Origin: Squalus acanthias
Taxonomy: Eukaryota
Length of the DNA: 64,000 nt
Assembly (NCBI GenBank): GCA_030390025.1
Contig: JASTWF010000323.1
Span: forward strand, 310,001-374,000
Reading direction: 5' to 3'
The notes under the pieces were generated by a model. The model ran no database searches. It saw nothing but the letters and a program-made list of their open reading frames with translations, and was not told the origin of the DNA. The position numbers and the translations under genes are program-made. Shown in pieces: positions 63,694 to 64,000 of this stretch (positions are counted from its first letter, which is position 1; the number at the start of each line of letters is the position of its first letter).

Positions 63694-63786
63694 GTAATTT
63701 CAGACTTTATAATCTCAGATTTACATTCACTGTCCAGCACTGTTCACCACGGTTACAATATTCAATATTTACAAATGACGTTTCAG

Positions 63787-63951
63787 GTTCTCATCCCACC
63801 GTGGGACAGGGAGAAGTGACGAGGACAGTTTGTTTCAGCTGGGAAGTAAATCCCTGCCACGGAACCGTGGAGATAAAGATCAAAAACTGCACCAGTTACT
63901 TCGTTTATGAGTTGAAGCCGACACCCGGAATGAACTCTGCTTATTGCACAG
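63787..63951 (+). CDS. Uromodulin/GP2/OIT3-like D8C domain, internal exon B
   Basis: TTTCAG|GT TCT CAT..TGC ACA G|GTACAT encodes (G)SHPTVGQGEVTRTVCFSWEVNPCHGTVEIKIKNCTSYFVYELKPTPGMNSAYCT. Phase matches exon A across a 93-bp intron; typical HP...G.V.R.VC, I.VK.C..Y.VY.L and AYC motifs. Confidence 0.88.
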
Positions 63952-64000
63952 GTACATTGAGGGGGGTGGGGCAAAGGTTAGGAACTCGGGGCGGGGGGGG

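Overview
This is eukaryotic, vertebrate genomic DNA, very probably from a shark or ray. That assignment rests on the V-SINE/HE1-type SINE, CR1 LINEs with (TTCTATG)n tails, L2 LINEs, Penelope-like elements and the GPR139-like receptor type. Most of the window is nested repeats: CR1 LINEs (one near full-length and one 5'-truncated young sibling, plus many decayed copies), L2 fragments, two Penelope-like (RT + GIY-YIG) families carrying minimal hammerhead ribozymes, three Harbinger-like MITE insertions, a solo LTR and five main tandem-repeat families (26, 27-28, 32, 51 and 67 bp units). Two host genes can be read directly. (1) An intact two-exon class A GPCR of the GPR139/GPR142-like type lies on the minus strand (CDS 41915-41786 + 37207-36306, 343 aa), with a TATA promoter and a possible second first exon. 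(2) Two exons of a uromodulin/GP2/OIT3-type D8C domain lie on the plus strand at the right edge (63617-63693, 63787-63951); the ORF track misses them. This GPCR plus D8C pairing mirrors the mammalian GPR139-GP2-UMOD neighbourhood and is the most interesting lead. All family assignments come from motif recognition by eye, with no database search. Boundaries of decayed repeats are approximate.
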